DNA of 64,000 bases from Gemmatimonadales bacterium (GCA_044221045.1 JBGAPX010000003.1:1-64000); one strand, 5' to 3'. Shown: positions 1 through 9,832, counted from the stretch's first letter. The notes: generated from the sequence alone by a model not told the origin. Numbers and translations: made by a program.

Positions 1-947
1 ATGGCGGCGGGATCGCGGAGCGGCGAGAGCACCATGCGGCGGAGCAGCCGGGCGCCCATGGGCGTCATGGTGGTGTCGAGCACCTCGAGCAGGGTGGTGT
101 TGCGGGCGCCGGCGCGCAGCGGCTCCACCAGCTCGAGGTTGCGGCGGGTCATGTCGTCCACCCAGAGGTGCACCTGGGAGCGGCGCACCTCGGGGCGGTG
201 CAGGTGGGGGAGGCCGGCGGGCTGCAGCTCGTGCACGTAGCGGAGCAGCGCGCCGGCGGCGCCCACCGCGGCGGCGTCCTCGGGGCCCAGGCCCAGCCCG
301 TCGAGGCTCGCCAGGCTGAAGCGGCGCGCCAGCTCGGTGCGGGCCAGCTCCGGGTCGAACTCCCACTTCTCGCGGGTGGTGCGGAGCACGCCGTCCTCGA
401 GCCGGAGCGCGGTGTCGCCGCTCAGCACGACCTCCGCCGGCGCCATCCGCGCCACCGCCTCCTCGAGGCCGCCCTCCGCCAGGCTCTCCATGATGAACTC
501 GCCGGTGGAGAGATCGATGGCGGCGAGGCCGGACGACGGCTCGGCGGCTCGGCGGCTCGGCGGCTCGGCCTCCGGGCTGCCGGCCGCCGAGACAGCGACC
601 AGAAAATTGTTGCGCACGCCGGGGAGGCAATGCTCGTCGAGCACGGCGCCGGGGGTGATGGTCTCGATCACCTCGCGGCGGACGATGCCCTTGGCGAGCT
701 TGGGATCCTCCACCTGCTCGCAGATGGCCACCCGGAAGCCGGCAGCGATGAACTGGCGCAGGTAGTCGGCGGCGGCCTTCACCGGCACGCCGGCGAGCGG
801 CACCCCGTCGCCGCGGGCGGTGAGGGTGATGTTGAGCACCCGCGCCGCCACCTCGGCGTCGTCGAAGAACATCTCGTAGAAGTCGCCCATGCGGAAGAAG
901 AGGATCGCGTCCCGGTGGCGGGACTTGATCTCCCGGTACTGCTGCAT
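1..947 (-). CDS. mutS: DNA mismatch repair protein MutS, N-terminal part. The gene continues past the window start and is not in the ORF track because there is no stop codon inside the window.
   Basis: Manual translation of the reverse complement gives ...TPLMQQYREIKSRHRDAILFFRMGDFYEMFFDDAEVAARVLNITLTARG...DLSTGEF..., the canonical MutS N-terminal mismatch-binding and connector sequence. ATG at 947; an alternative GTG lies at 983. Confidence 0.8.
   Translation of the reverse strand, partial: MQQYREIKSRHRDAILFFRMGDFYEMFFDDAEVAARVLNITLTARGDGVPLAGVPVKAAADYLRQFIAAGFRVAICEQVEDPKLAKGIVRREVIETITPGAVLDEHCLPGVRNNFLVAVSAAGSPEAEPPSRRAAEPSSGLAAIDLSTGEFIMESLAEGGLEEAVARMAPAEVVLSGDTALRLEDGVLRTTREKWEFDPELARTELARRFSLASLDGLGLGPEDAAAVGAAGALLRYVHELQPAGLPHLHRPEVRRSQVHLWVDDMTRRNLELVEPLRAGARNTTLLEVLDTTMTPMGARLLRRMVLSPLRDPAA
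538..569. repeat. 8-bp tandem repeat (GCTCGGCG, about 4 copies) lying in-frame inside mutS; it encodes an EAEPPSRRAAEP loop.
   Basis: Direct reading: tcggcggc tcggcggc tcggcggc tcggcc. The same repeat family recurs at about 1808, 1929 (inverted), 3068 and 13801. Confidence 0.7.
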
Positions 948-979
948 GAGCGGGGTGCCGCTGGCGTCGGCCGCCTTGC

Positions 980-1870
980 TCACGGCTCCGGCACCACGAA
1001 CGGCGAATGGCGGAGCTTGCGGCGGATCTGCTCCGCCGCCGCGGTGGCGGCGGCGCGGTCGGGGTACGGCCCGGCGCGCACCTTGAAGAGGGCGCCTTCC
1101 TTCACCGTATACGCCTGGAATCCGGCGTTGCGCAGGTCGCCCATGACCTTGTCGGCGGCGGCCTGGGTGTTCACCGCGGCCACCTGCACGCCGAAGCCGG
1201 TGCGGGCCGGGGTGGCGGGGGGCGCGGGCGTGGTGGCGGTGTCCGGCGCGGGGCGCGCGGTGTCGGCCGGCTGGGGATTGGTGCAGCGGCCGTTCAGGAA
1301 CTCGAGCCGGTTGCGGAGCTCCACGTCCTCGCCGGCGCGCTCCATGCCGATGGTCACCCAGGCGCAGGCCTCGTCGCGCTTCCGCTGGTCGAAGAAGGCG
1401 CGGGCGGCCCATTCCGCCGCGGCGCCGAGCGCGGGCGAGTCGGGGTAGTCGTTGCGGATGCGCTCGAGCTGCCGGGTGGCGCCGGGGAGGTTGCCGGCGG
1501 CGTAGTCGAGCAGCGCCAGGCGGTAGATGGCGTCGTCGGCCCAGTCGCTGGTGGCGTACTCCACCGACACCCGGGTGTAATTGCGGCGCATCTCGTCGAT
1601 GCTCCGGCTCACCAGCCCCATGGTGTAGAGCGCCTGAGGATAGAGGGTGTCGGTGGGCGGTGTCTGGCGCAGCAGGTTGGTGACGAGCACCCGGGCCGAG
1701 TCGCTGCCCCCTTCCTGCGCGATGCGCAGCGCGTCGACCAGGCGGGGGTCGGACTGGCTCGCCGCGGCCGTGGGGAGGAGGAGGGCGAGGGCGAGGAGTG
1801 CCGCGGCGGCGGCTCGGCGGCTCGGCGGCTGGTCGGCTCGGCAACGCGACTGCGGGAGAGTGTGCCTCAT
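980..1870 (-). CDS. SPOR-domain protein with a signal peptide and a TPR-like region.
   Basis: N-terminus MRHTLPQ...AAAAALLALALLLPTAAASQ looks like a signal peptide. C-terminus GFGVQVAAVNTQAAADKVMGDLRNAGFQAYTVKEGALFKVRAGPYPDRAAATAAAEQI is a SPOR fold. The start ATG overlaps the holA stop (ATGA). Confidence 0.7.
   Translation of the reverse strand: MRHTLPQSRCRADQPPSRRAAAAALLALALLLPTAAASQSDPRLVDALRIAQEGGSDSARVLVTNLLRQTPPTDTLYPQALYTMGLVSRSIDEMRRNYTRVSVEYATSDWADDAIYRLALLDYAAGNLPGATRQLERIRNDYPDSPALGAAAEWAARAFFDQRKRDEACAWVTIGMERAGEDVELRNRLEFLNGRCTNPQPADTARPAPDTATTPAPPATPARTGFGVQVAAVNTQAAADKVMGDLRNAGFQAYTVKEGALFKVRAGPYPDRAAATAAAEQIRRKLRHSPFVVPEP
1808..1842. repeat. 8-bp tandem repeat (GGCTCGGC)n, forward copy. 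It encodes QPPSRRAAAA in the SPOR-protein N-region.
   Basis: ggcggctcggcggctcggcggctggtcggctcggc read directly. It forms an inverted pair with 1929-1954. Confidence 0.65.
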
Positions 1871-2994
1871 CGTGTTGCTCCATGCATGGTCGAACTGTCC
1901 GAACGCCCGGCGGCCGGGCCGCCGGGTCGCCGAGTCGCCGAGCCGCCGAGCCGCAGCACCAGCCCCAGGATCACGCCGGTCTCGTCCGAGACGCGGGTGC
2001 CCTTGAGGGCGGCGTCGGCTTCCAAGGTAGCGCGGAGGGCGGCGCGGAGCCGTGCGCCGGACCACGTCTCGGCCCAGCGGCTCCAGTGGCGGGCGGCGGC
2101 CTTCCAGTCGCCGATGCCGAAGGGGCGGACGGCGCGGAAGCGCTCGAAGAGCACCCGCTCGAGCGCGCCGCCGCGGCTGCCCTTCTCGTAGTGGGCCCGG
2201 GCCAGGCGCACGCCCAGCAGGGTGGTGCCGAGGGTGGTGATCATCTTGACGCCGGTCATGCCGGCCTGGTCCAGCACCTGGCGGCCCAGGGTCACGGCGC
2301 GCGGGGTGTCGTCGTCGAGGAGCGCCTCGACCCAGTCCTCGACGGTCTCGCCGTGGCGGATGCCGACGAGCTCGCCGACGGTCTCCCGGCTCACGGGGCC
2401 CTGGTCGGCGAGGCTGGAGAATTTCTCCAGCTCCGCCCGCAGGGTGCCGAGGTCGTAGCCGGCGGCGAGGGCCAGGTGCTCGGCGGCCCCCTCACCGAAG
2501 GCCAGGCCCATCCCCTTGGCGTGCCAGGCGAGCCAGCGGGCGACGCGATCGGGCGGGAGGGGGTCCATCTGCACCGCGAAGCTCCGGGCGGCGATGGCCG
2601 CATCGGGCTCCCAGTTGCGGTCCTTCTCGGGGTTGGGCGCGCCCTCGACGAGGATGAGCACCGTCTCGGCCGCGGGGTTGGCGAGGTACTGCTGCAGCAC
2701 CTCGTGGATGGCGGCCTTCTTCTTCCACGCCTCGATGTCGCGGATCACCACCACCCGCCGGCTGGCGAGCATGGGCAGGGTGTTCACGAGGGCGTGGAGG
2801 TCCTCGGGGGCGAGACCCTGGGCGGCGCGCTGGTCGAAGTTGAAGTCGCGTTCGTGCGGCTCGAGGGCCCGGTCCACGATGGCGCGGACGGCCTCGTCCT
2901 TGAGGATGTCCTCGGAGCCGCAGAGGTAGTAGACGGGGGCCAGCTCGCCCTTACCCAGTGCGCGGAGGAGGTCATCGTAGGCACGGGCGGACAT
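1867..2994 (-). CDS. holA: DNA polymerase III delta subunit.
   Basis: MSARAYDDLLRALGKGELAPVYYLCGSEDILKDEAVRAIVDRALEP...RVVVIRDIEAW... matches the HolA clamp-loader delta subunit. I prefer the internal Met start at 2994 to the ORF-track start at 3054. Confidence 0.75.
   Translation of the reverse strand: MSARAYDDLLRALGKGELAPVYYLCGSEDILKDEAVRAIVDRALEPHERDFNFDQRAAQGLAPEDLHALVNTLPMLASRRVVVIRDIEAWKKKAAIHEVLQQYLANPAAETVLILVEGAPNPEKDRNWEPDAAIAARSFAVQMDPLPPDRVARWLAWHAKGMGLAFGEGAAEHLALAAGYDLGTLRAELEKFSSLADQGPVSRETVGELVGIRHGETVEDWVEALLDDDTPRAVTLGRQVLDQAGMTGVKMITTLGTTLLGVRLARAHYEKGSRGGALERVLFERFRAVRPFGIGDWKAAARHWSRWAETWSGARLRAALRATLEADAALKGTRVSDETGVILGLVLRLGGSATRRPGGPAAGRSDSSTMHGATR
1929..1954. repeat. 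Same 8-bp repeat in reverse orientation (GCCGAGYC)n. It encodes LRLGGSATRRPGG at the holA C-terminus.
   Basis: gccgagtcgccgagccgccgagccgc. It is an inverted partner of 1808-1842 and flanks the holA-stop / SPOR-start junction. Confidence 0.65.
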
Positions 2995-3067
2995 GGGGGA
3001 ATTGTACCGGGACGGGGCGGTGGGGCGGTAGGGGAAGGACGGTTCGGCATTCAAAGCACGTCACGGC

Positions 3068-3110
3068 GACTCGGCGGCTCGGCGGCTCGGCGACTCGGCG
3101 GCTCGGCCGC
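3068..3110. repeat. 8-bp tandem repeat (TCGGCGGC)n, about 5 copies, in the intergenic region between the anti-sigma gene end and the holA start.
   Basis: gactcggcggctcggcggctcggcgactcggcggctcggccgc read directly. Confidence 0.7.
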
Positions 3111-3115
3111 GGGGG

Positions 3116-3538
3116 TCAGGGGCGGGTGCGCTCGTAGATGATGAAGGGCATGGCCGGGATGACGCGCGGCTGGGCGACGACCATGGGCTGCACTTCGGCG
3201 GCGACGGGCTCGGGGAGGACGGTGAAGTCCCGGAAGTTCATCGCGGCGAGGATGGCGAGCAGGAGCACCGCGGCGGTGGCGGCCCAGGGGGAGACCCGGG
3301 GCGGGATCGGCTCGGGGACGACCTCGCCGCTCTGGATGCGCGCCTCGAGGCCCGCCAGGAAGGCGGGGGAGGGAGCGATCTCGCCACCGCGGAGGATCTC
3401 GGTGCCCTCACGCACGGCACGATCGAAGGCCGCGCAGCGGGCGCAGACCTCGAGGTGATCGTCCATGTCGGCGGCGAGCTCCGGGTCGTGGCCATCACGA
3501 TAGGCGGAGTAGCGGCGCCGGAAGTCCCGGCAGTCCAT
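3116..3538 (-). CDS. Membrane-anchored anti-sigma factor with a zinc-finger-type HxxxCxxC motif.
   Basis: MDCRDFRRRYSAYRDGH...HLEVCARCAAF... followed by one transmembrane helix (AATAAVLLLAILAAM). It lies immediately downstream of the ECF sigma gene. Confidence 0.6.
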   Translation of the reverse strand: MDCRDFRRRYSAYRDGHDPELAADMDDHLEVCARCAAFDRAVREGTEILRGGEIAPSPAFLAGLEARIQSGEVVPEPIPPRVSPWAATAAVLLLAILAAMNFRDFTVLPEPVAAEVQPMVVAQPRVIPAMPFIIYERTRP

Positions 3539-3678
3539 GAGGCTCGGATGTCTCAGTTGGCAATGTGTCGCCGCGAGGGAACCGGCGTCACTTCATGCCC
3601 TTATACCGCTTTTGCCGTCCAATGTTCCGGATATCGGTGGTGACCGGAGATCGGTCGCCCGGGTGTCCTGCGTGCGGC

Positions 3679-4335
3679 TCAGTCCAGGTGCGGGGCGATC
3701 AGTTCCGCGAAGCTCTGCCGGGCCCGGTTGAGCCGGCTCTTCACGGTGCCGAGGTTGCAGTGCATGATCTCGGCGATCTCCTCGTAGCTCTTCCCCTCGA
3801 GCTCCCGCAGCACGAACACCTCGCGATGGTGGCTCGAGAGCCGGGCCACCGTCTGGTCCACGAGGGCGCGCAGGTGGCGCTGCTCGTAGAGGTGGTCGGG
3901 GCGGCTGGCGGTGTCCTCGTACTCGACGGCGCGCGGCTCCTCCTCCTCGACGGCGCGGCCCTGGTCGAAGGCGATGAGCGGGGAGCGGCTGCGGTTGCGG
4001 AGCTCGTTCTTGGCGAGGTTGCTGGCGATGGTGTAGACCCAGGTGCTGAACTTCCGGGTCCGGTCGAAGCGGTCGAGGTGGCGGTAGACGCGGAGGAAGG
4101 CCTCCTGCACCAGGTCCTCCGCCCGCTCCCGGTCGCCGATCATCCGGTACACGAAGTTGAGCAGGCGGACCTGGTAGCGGCTCACGATCTGCCCGAAGGC
4201 GCGCCGGTCCCCCGCGAGATGCGCCTCGATCAGGGCGTTGATCTCGGGCTGGGGGCCGGGCGCGGCGACCGGCGCCGCCGCGGGGAGGCGGCGGCCACCG
4301 TTCAGGGCAGACTTGAGGAACCGCAGCAGCGCCAT
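3679..4335 (-). CDS. ECF (sigma-70 family) RNA polymerase sigma factor.
   Basis: Region 2 motif EDLVQEAFLRVYRHLDRF...TWVYTIASNLAKNELR and region 4 motif EVFVLRELEGKSYEEIAEIMHCNLGTVKSRLNRAR. Confidence 0.85.
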   Translation of the reverse strand: MALLRFLKSALNGGRRLPAAAPVAAPGPQPEINALIEAHLAGDRRAFGQIVSRYQVRLLNFVYRMIGDRERAEDLVQEAFLRVYRHLDRFDRTRKFSTWVYTIASNLAKNELRNRSRSPLIAFDQGRAVEEEEPRAVEYEDTASRPDHLYEQRHLRALVDQTVARLSSHHREVFVLRELEGKSYEEIAEIMHCNLGTVKSRLNRARQSFAELIAPHLD

Positions 4336-4339
4336 CGCG

Positions 4340-4897
4340 TCACCTCGCCTGGCCGCGCCCGGGGGCGCGGAAGGCCTGCAGGTACAACAGCGACACCAGG
4401 GTCTTGCCGTCCTGGATCTCGCCCCGCTCGATCAGGGCGAGCACCTCGGACCAGGGGGTGGGCCGGAGCTCGAGGAACTCGTCCTGCTCCCGCCGGTGCT
4501 GCCCCTCCTCTAATCCGCCGGCCACGAACAGGTGGATCCGTTCATCGGTGAAGCCCGGGGTGGTGTAGATCGTGGTGAGCCGCTCCAGCCGGCCCGCCCG
4601 CATCCCGGTCTCCTCCAGCAGTTCCCGCCGGGCGCACTGTTCCGGCTGCTCGCCCGGGTCCATCCGCCCCGCCGGGATCTCCCAGATGACGCCCCCCGCC
4701 GCGTGGCGGAACTGCCGGATCAGGAGCACCCGGGGGTCCGGGCCGGCCGGGTCATCCAGCATGGGGACGACGGCCGCGGCTCCGGGATGACGGATCATCT
4801 CCAGCTGGCCGGTGCTGCCGTCGGGGAACCGCACCGTTTCGAGGTCCAGGTGGATCACCCGCCCCGCGTACTTCCGCTCCGAGCCGATCAGCGTCAT
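4340..4897 (-). CDS. NUDIX hydrolase (ADP-ribose pyrophosphatase-like).
   Basis: NUDIX box GGVIWEIPAGRMDPGEQPEQCARRELLEETG. Internal Met start at 4897; the N-terminal extension in the ORF track is Arg-rich junk. It ends 4 bp from the sigma-factor start. Confidence 0.8.
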   Translation of the reverse strand: MTLIGSERKYAGRVIHLDLETVRFPDGSTGQLEMIRHPGAAAVVPMLDDPAGPDPRVLLIRQFRHAAGGVIWEIPAGRMDPGEQPEQCARRELLEETGMRAGRLERLTTIYTTPGFTDERIHLFVAGGLEEGQHRREQDEFLELRPTPWSEVLALIERGEIQDGKTLVSLLYLQAFRAPGRGQAR

Positions 4898-4990
4898 GGG
4901 GTGAACATGGACGCCCCGCCCCGGGGTCACAAGAGTACGCCCCGGGAAGGGGAGGGGCAATGTTGGGTAGGGGAAGGTTGGACAACCAAC

Positions 4991-5097
4991 GGGAAGCGGG
5001 AAGCGGCCTTCCCGCATGCGGGGATCAGGGACGACACCTGCCGGGAAACGGGCTCCAACCGGCCGCCGGAGCTCCGCTTCCCGTTTCCCGTTTCCCG
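4991..5097. repeat. Inverted repeats of the GGGAAGCGGGAAGCGG / CCGCTTCCCGTTTCCCG family between the M16 gene end and the NUDIX start.
   Basis: gggaagcgggaagcgg (4991-5006) and ccgcttcccgtttcccgtttcccg (5074-5097). A related pair flanks the gene at 60727. Confidence 0.55.
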
Positions 5098-6606
5098 TCA
5101 GTTCGTCGCCACCCCGTCCAGCCCCACCGCCACCACCGGTCCCAGGTTCAGCGCCTCGATGCCGGCGCGGATGCGGGCGGCGTCGCCGACCACGACCACG
5201 TGGAGGCGTTCGGGGTCGAAGCTGGCGCGGGCCACGCGCTGTACGTCGGCGGCGGTGACGGCCAGGACCTGCTTCACGTAGCCGTCGAACCAGGTGATGG
5301 GGAGGCCGTAGGTGAGCAGGTCGGCGACCTGGTCGCCCATCTGGCCCGCGGTCTCGAACTCGCCCGGGAGGCCGAAGGCGATGTAGTTGCGCGCCCGGGC
5401 CAGCTCGGCGTCGCTCACCGGGGTATCGCGGATGGCGTTGAGTTCCTTGAAGAACTCGACCAGGGAGCTGTCGGTCACGTCGCTGCGGACGGCGGAGCGG
5501 GCCGTGAAGGGTCCGGGGAGCGGGCGCCACGCGAAGCCGGAGCCGGCGCCGTAGGTGTAGCCCTTCGTCTCGCGCAGGTTCTGGTTGAGGCGGGAGGAGA
5601 ACGAGCCGCCGAGGATCGTGTTCATCACCTCGATGGCGGCGTAGTCGGGGGTGGAGCGGTCGAGGCCGGGGCGGCCGATCATGATCACCGACTGCGCGGC
5701 GCCGGGCTTGTCGACGAGGTAGATGACCCGGCGGCTGGGCGGCGTGGCGGCCGGGGGCACCGGGGCGCGGCGCGGCGCCATGCGGCTGGCGCGCCAGGCG
5801 CCGAAGCGGCGGCCGATCTCGGTGCGGGCCTCGGCCAGGGAGATGTCGCCCGTGATGATGAACTCGGCCTGGTCGGGGCGGACCACCCGCTGGTAGAACC
5901 CGCGCACGGTGGCCGAGTCGAGCCGGACGGTGCCGGCGGAGTCGCCATTGATGGGCCGGTGGTAGGGGTGCGCCGCCGGGTAGACGATCGCGCCGAAGGC
6001 CAGGCCGGCCATGCCGTTGGGCTGGTCGCGCGCGGCGAGGATGGCGGCCAGGCGGAGGTCGCGCTCGCGGCGGATGTCGCTGTCGCGGAAGGCGGGGCGG
6101 AGGGCCACGTCGGCCAGCAGGTCGAGCGCCGGGCCGAGGGTGCGGCGCGGGGTGTTGAGGCTGAGGTAGAGGTATTCCCAGTCGGCGCTGACGGAGAGCT
6201 CGGCGCCGAGGAAGGCGGCTTCGGCGGCGATGCCGAGGCCGTCCCGGGCGCCGGCGGCTTCATCGAGCATGCCGGCGGTGAAGGTGGCGAGGCCGGGGAG
6301 GTCACCGTCGAGGCGGCCGCCCCCCTTCACGCGGAGCGTGACCTGCACCAGCGGCACCTCGTGCATGGGGACCACCCGCAGGGCCGCGCCGTTGGGGAGC
6401 TTCGCCTGCTGGATGGCGGGAAGCGTGAGGCCGGCGGGCGGCGTCACCGCGGGGGCCTGGGTGCGGTCGAAGGCCTGGGCGTGGAGGCCGGTGGCGAGCA
6501 GCAGCGCGGAGGCGAGGGCAAGCGGCCGGGCCGCCGAGCCACCGTGGCGCCGGGAGAGGACCTTTCCCGTGGCGCCCGGGAGGACTGCGTTCGTGGGGCG
6601 GTTCAT
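5098..6606 (-). CDS. M16 family peptidase, probably the non-catalytic or second subunit (no HxxEH motif).
   Basis: Signal peptide. Insulinase-like domains with C-terminal RETKGYTYGAGSGF. 4-bp overlap with the upstream M16 gene. Confidence 0.8.
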   Translation of the reverse strand: MNRPTNAVLPGATGKVLSRRHGGSAARPLALASALLLATGLHAQAFDRTQAPAVTPPAGLTLPAIQQAKLPNGAALRVVPMHEVPLVQVTLRVKGGGRLDGDLPGLATFTAGMLDEAAGARDGLGIAAEAAFLGAELSVSADWEYLYLSLNTPRRTLGPALDLLADVALRPAFRDSDIRRERDLRLAAILAARDQPNGMAGLAFGAIVYPAAHPYHRPINGDSAGTVRLDSATVRGFYQRVVRPDQAEFIITGDISLAEARTEIGRRFGAWRASRMAPRRAPVPPAATPPSRRVIYLVDKPGAAQSVIMIGRPGLDRSTPDYAAIEVMNTILGGSFSSRLNQNLRETKGYTYGAGSGFAWRPLPGPFTARSAVRSDVTDSSLVEFFKELNAIRDTPVSDAELARARNYIAFGLPGEFETAGQMGDQVADLLTYGLPITWFDGYVKQVLAVTAADVQRVARASFDPERLHVVVVGDAARIRAGIEALNLGPVVAVGLDGVATN

Positions 6607-7973
6607 GGCGTTCCCTCCACCGGCCGGGCGGCGAGTTCGGGCTTGCCCTGCGGCACCACGCTCAGGGTGACGCGGGGCAGGCTCAGGTAGCGGGTGGCGA
6701 CGCGCTGGATGTCGGCGGCGGTCACCGCGCGGTAGCGGGCCAGGTCGGCGGCGAAGCCGTCGGCGTGGCCGGTGCGGACGAAGTAGCCGTTCAGCATGTC
6801 GGCCTTGCCGTTGACGGTCTCGATCCGGCGGAGGAACTGGGCCTCGAGGGCGTTGGTGGCCTGCTCCAGCTCGCGGGCAGTCGGGCCCTCGGCGGCGAGG
6901 CGGCGCAGCTCCCGGTCGATCGTCGGCTGCAGCCCGGCGAGCGCCTGCTCCGGCTTGGCGGTGGCCACCACCCAGAAGTCGCCGCCGATGCGCTTGCCGT
7001 CCTGGAACGCCCAGACGCTGGAGGCGGTCTGGTCGTTGTGCACCAGCGCCTCGGTGAGGCGGCTGTTCTTCTCGCCGGCGAGCAGGTAGGCGAGCAGCTC
7101 CAGCGGGGCGTCATCGGGGGTGAGCCCGGCGACGGTGGGCCAGACGTAGTAGAGCCGCGCCAGCTGCACCCGGTCCTCGAGCACCGCGGCGGTGTCGCGG
7201 GGGAGGGTCACGGCGGCGGCGGTGCTGCGCTCGATGGCCGGCCCGCGGGGGATCTCGCTGAAGTACTGCCGCGCCAGCCGGAAGACCTCCGCCGGCCGCA
7301 CGTCGCCGGCCACGACCAGCGAGGCGTTGTTGGGTGCGTAGTAGCGGCGGAAGAAGTCCTTCACGTCCTCGGGCGAGGCGGCGGAGAGATCGGCCATGGA
7401 GCCGATGACGGGCCAGGAGTAGGGGTGGCTGGCCGGGTAGAGCAGGGCGAGGATGGTCTCGGTGGCCAGGCCGTAGGGCTGGTTCTCGTAGCTCTGACGG
7501 CGCTCGTTCTTCACCACGTCGCGCTGCAGGTCCACCTTCTCGCCGGTCATGGTGGGGAGCAGCCAGCCCATGCGGTCGGCCTCGAGCCAGAGCATCAGCG
7601 GGAGGGCGGTGGCGGGGCCCCACTCGTAATAGTTGGTGCGGTCCTCGGTGGTGGAGCCGTTGTTGTTGGCGCCGGCGCCCTCGAGGAGGCGGTCGAAGGC
7701 GGGGTACTCGGCGTTCTGGGAGCCCATGAACATCAGGTGCTCGAACAGGTGCGCGAAGCCGGTGCGGCCGGCCTTTTCATCGCCCGAGCCGACGTGGTAC
7801 CAGAGGTTCACGGCCACGGTGGGGACGGAATGATCCTCGTGGACGATCACCGTGAGCCCGTTGGGCAGGGTGTCCACGGTGACGGGCACCCGGAGCGCCG
7901 GCGCCTGGGCCGCGGCCGGAGACGCGAGCAGGGCCGCCAGCAGGGCTGTGCGGGCGGGGGGTCGAAGCGGCAT
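6603..7973 (-). CDS. M16 family zinc peptidase (pitrilysin/insulinase-like), catalytic subunit.
   Basis: HxxEH motif in GFAHLFEHLMFMGS. Signal peptide MPLRPPARTALLAALLASPAAAQA. Internal Met start chosen. Confidence 0.85.
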   Translation of the reverse strand: MPLRPPARTALLAALLASPAAAQAPALRVPVTVDTLPNGLTVIVHEDHSVPTVAVNLWYHVGSGDEKAGRTGFAHLFEHLMFMGSQNAEYPAFDRLLEGAGANNNGSTTEDRTNYYEWGPATALPLMLWLEADRMGWLLPTMTGEKVDLQRDVVKNERRQSYENQPYGLATETILALLYPASHPYSWPVIGSMADLSAASPEDVKDFFRRYYAPNNASLVVAGDVRPAEVFRLARQYFSEIPRGPAIERSTAAAVTLPRDTAAVLEDRVQLARLYYVWPTVAGLTPDDAPLELLAYLLAGEKNSRLTEALVHNDQTASSVWAFQDGKRIGGDFWVVATAKPEQALAGLQPTIDRELRRLAAEGPTARELEQATNALEAQFLRRIETVNGKADMLNGYFVRTGHADGFAADLARYRAVTAADIQRVATRYLSLPRVTLSVVPQGKPELAARPVEGTP

Positions 7974-8080
7974 GGGATGGGCTCTCCTCACGGGACGCGG
8001 CGGGGTGCTGGCGTGAAACCCGCCATGAGCCGAGAATAATAGCGGGCCCGGTTCCCCTCCGGTCCCGGCAAGGATGGTCC

Positions 8081-9832
8081 ATGGCGGCGGTCGCGGGTGC
8101 GCCTGGCCGGCCTCGCGGCGGCGAGGCACGATGGCTGACGGCGGCGGTGGTGATCTGGGGCGGGTGGGCGCTGTTCGCGCTGCTCGGGCCCTTCTCCGCG
8201 TGGAGCATCCCCTGGCGCTACGCCGGGTTCGGCGCCTCCACCACGGTGGAGGGGGTGCTCTTCTGGCTGGCCTCCCGGCGCCCCGACCTGGGCCCGCGGC
8301 TCCGGGTGGCGCTCGGGATCTCCGCGGTGGCGTTCGCGGTGAGCAGCTTCTCCTACCTGTACACCGGCGCCGCCGAACTCGGGGCGCTGCCGCCCTTCCC
8401 CACGCTGCTGGACGACGTGCTCACCTTCGCCACCTACGGCATCGCGGTGGTGGGCCTGCTGTGCTGGCCGCTGGCGCCGCTGCCGCGGGGCCGCTGGTGG
8501 CACTTCGGGCTCGACGCCACGATCGGCATCGGGGGGATGGGCCTCTTCTTCTGGGTGCTCTCCACCCAGCCCGGCGACACCGCCGGCGACCCGTCGGAGC
8601 GGGGCTTCCTGCTGGCGCTGAGCGCGGCGCAGCTGCTGGACCTGGTGGCGATCAACGTGGTGCTGGTGCGGGGACTGCCGCTCCCCACCCGGCGCGCCTT
8701 CCGGTGGTACATGGCCGCGCTGGGCCTCGAGATCGTGAGCCTGGTGGTCATCCAGTACTTCGCGACGACCCTGCCGCCGAACGCCGTGAGCCGGTACGAC
8801 GACGCGCTCTACATCGTGGTCCAGCTGCTCTACGTCAGCGCGGGCCTCCTGATGCTGTTCGACCCGGTGGAGGAGCCGGCGCCGTCGCCGCTGCCGCCGT
8901 GGATGCTCACCTTCAACCCGCTGCCGCTGCTGGCCATCACGGGGGTGGCGGCGCTGTTCCTTTCGGAAGCGGCCCGGGGGGACGGGCCGCTGGAGGGCGT
9001 GCTCGCGCTCGGGCTGGTGGCGCTGGTGGCGCTGCAGACCATCCGCCTGCTGGCGACGGTGTGGGAGAACGCCCGCCTGGTGCGGCACGAGGCGGCGCTG
9101 CAGGCGGAGAAGCTGGAGGCGCTGCGCCGGATCTCGGGCGGGATCTCGCACGAGTTCAACAACATGCTCACGGCGGTGATCGGCCACGCGGAGCTGGGCC
9201 TGTCGGAGGTGGAGCCGAGCAGCCGGGTGGGCCGCGACCTGGAGGGCATCCGGACGGCCGCGGAGCGCGCCGCGGTGCTGACCCGGGAGCTGCTGGCGTA
9301 CAGCGGGGGCCAGTTCACCGGCCGGCAGGGGCTGGACCTGGCGGCGGGACTGCGGCGGCAGGCGCCGGAGCTCCGGCAGGCCGCGGGGAGCCGGGTCGCG
9401 GTGATCCTGCACCTGCCGTCCGACCCTGCCTGGGTGACCGGCGACGCCGCCCAGCTGGCCGAGATGATCCTGGTGCTGGCCCGGAACGCCGAGCGCCGGA
9501 TGCCGTCCGGGGGCACGCTGACGATGGAGCTGCAGCGGGCGCGCCTCGAGGCGCCGATCGGGATCACCGGCGGGGCGCTCCCGCCCGGGGACTACCTCCG
9601 GCTCGCGGTGGCTGACACCGGCCCGCCGGTTGCACGGGCCGCGGTGAACCGGATCTTCGAGCCCTTCTCCGCCGCGGGGAACGGCGGGATCCCGTCGCTC
9701 GGCCTGGCGGCGGTGCAGGGGGTGGTGACAGCGCACGGCGGCGGGATCGTGGCCGCCAGCGAGCCGGGCCAGGGGCTCGTGCTGACGCTGTACCTCCCGG
9801 AGGCCGCCCCGGCCACCGCCGGCCCCGCCTGA
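8081..9832 (+). CDS. Sensor histidine kinase with a multi-pass membrane N-terminal domain and no receiver domain.
   Basis: About 8 hydrophobic helices, then the HisKA H-box ISHEFNNMLTAVIGHAELG and an HATPase_c domain (...GGGIVAASEPGQGLVLTLYLP). Confidence 0.8.
   Translation: MAAVAGAPGRPRGGEARWLTAAVVIWGGWALFALLGPFSAWSIPWRYAGFGASTTVEGVLFWLASRRPDLGPRLRVALGISAVAFAVSSFSYLYTGAAELGALPPFPTLLDDVLTFATYGIAVVGLLCWPLAPLPRGRWWHFGLDATIGIGGMGLFFWVLSTQPGDTAGDPSERGFLLALSAAQLLDLVAINVVLVRGLPLPTRRAFRWYMAALGLEIVSLVVIQYFATTLPPNAVSRYDDALYIVVQLLYVSAGLLMLFDPVEEPAPSPLPPWMLTFNPLPLLAITGVAALFLSEAARGDGPLEGVLALGLVALVALQTIRLLATVWENARLVRHEAALQAEKLEALRRISGGISHEFNNMLTAVIGHAELGLSEVEPSSRVGRDLEGIRTAAERAAVLTRELLAYSGGQFTGRQGLDLAAGLRRQAPELRQAAGSRVAVILHLPSDPAWVTGDAAQLAEMILVLARNAERRMPSGGTLTMELQRARLEAPIGITGGALPPGDYLRLAVADTGPPVARAAVNRIFEPFSAAGNGGIPSLGLAAVQGVVTAHGGGIVAASEPGQGLVLTLYLPEAAPATAGPA

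Noticed and set aside
168-1448. 426-aa plus-strand ORF across the mutS region.
   Set aside because: It is a Gly/Ala/Arg-rich antisense translation of the mutS/SPOR coding strand. The reverse strand gives a clean MutS sequence.
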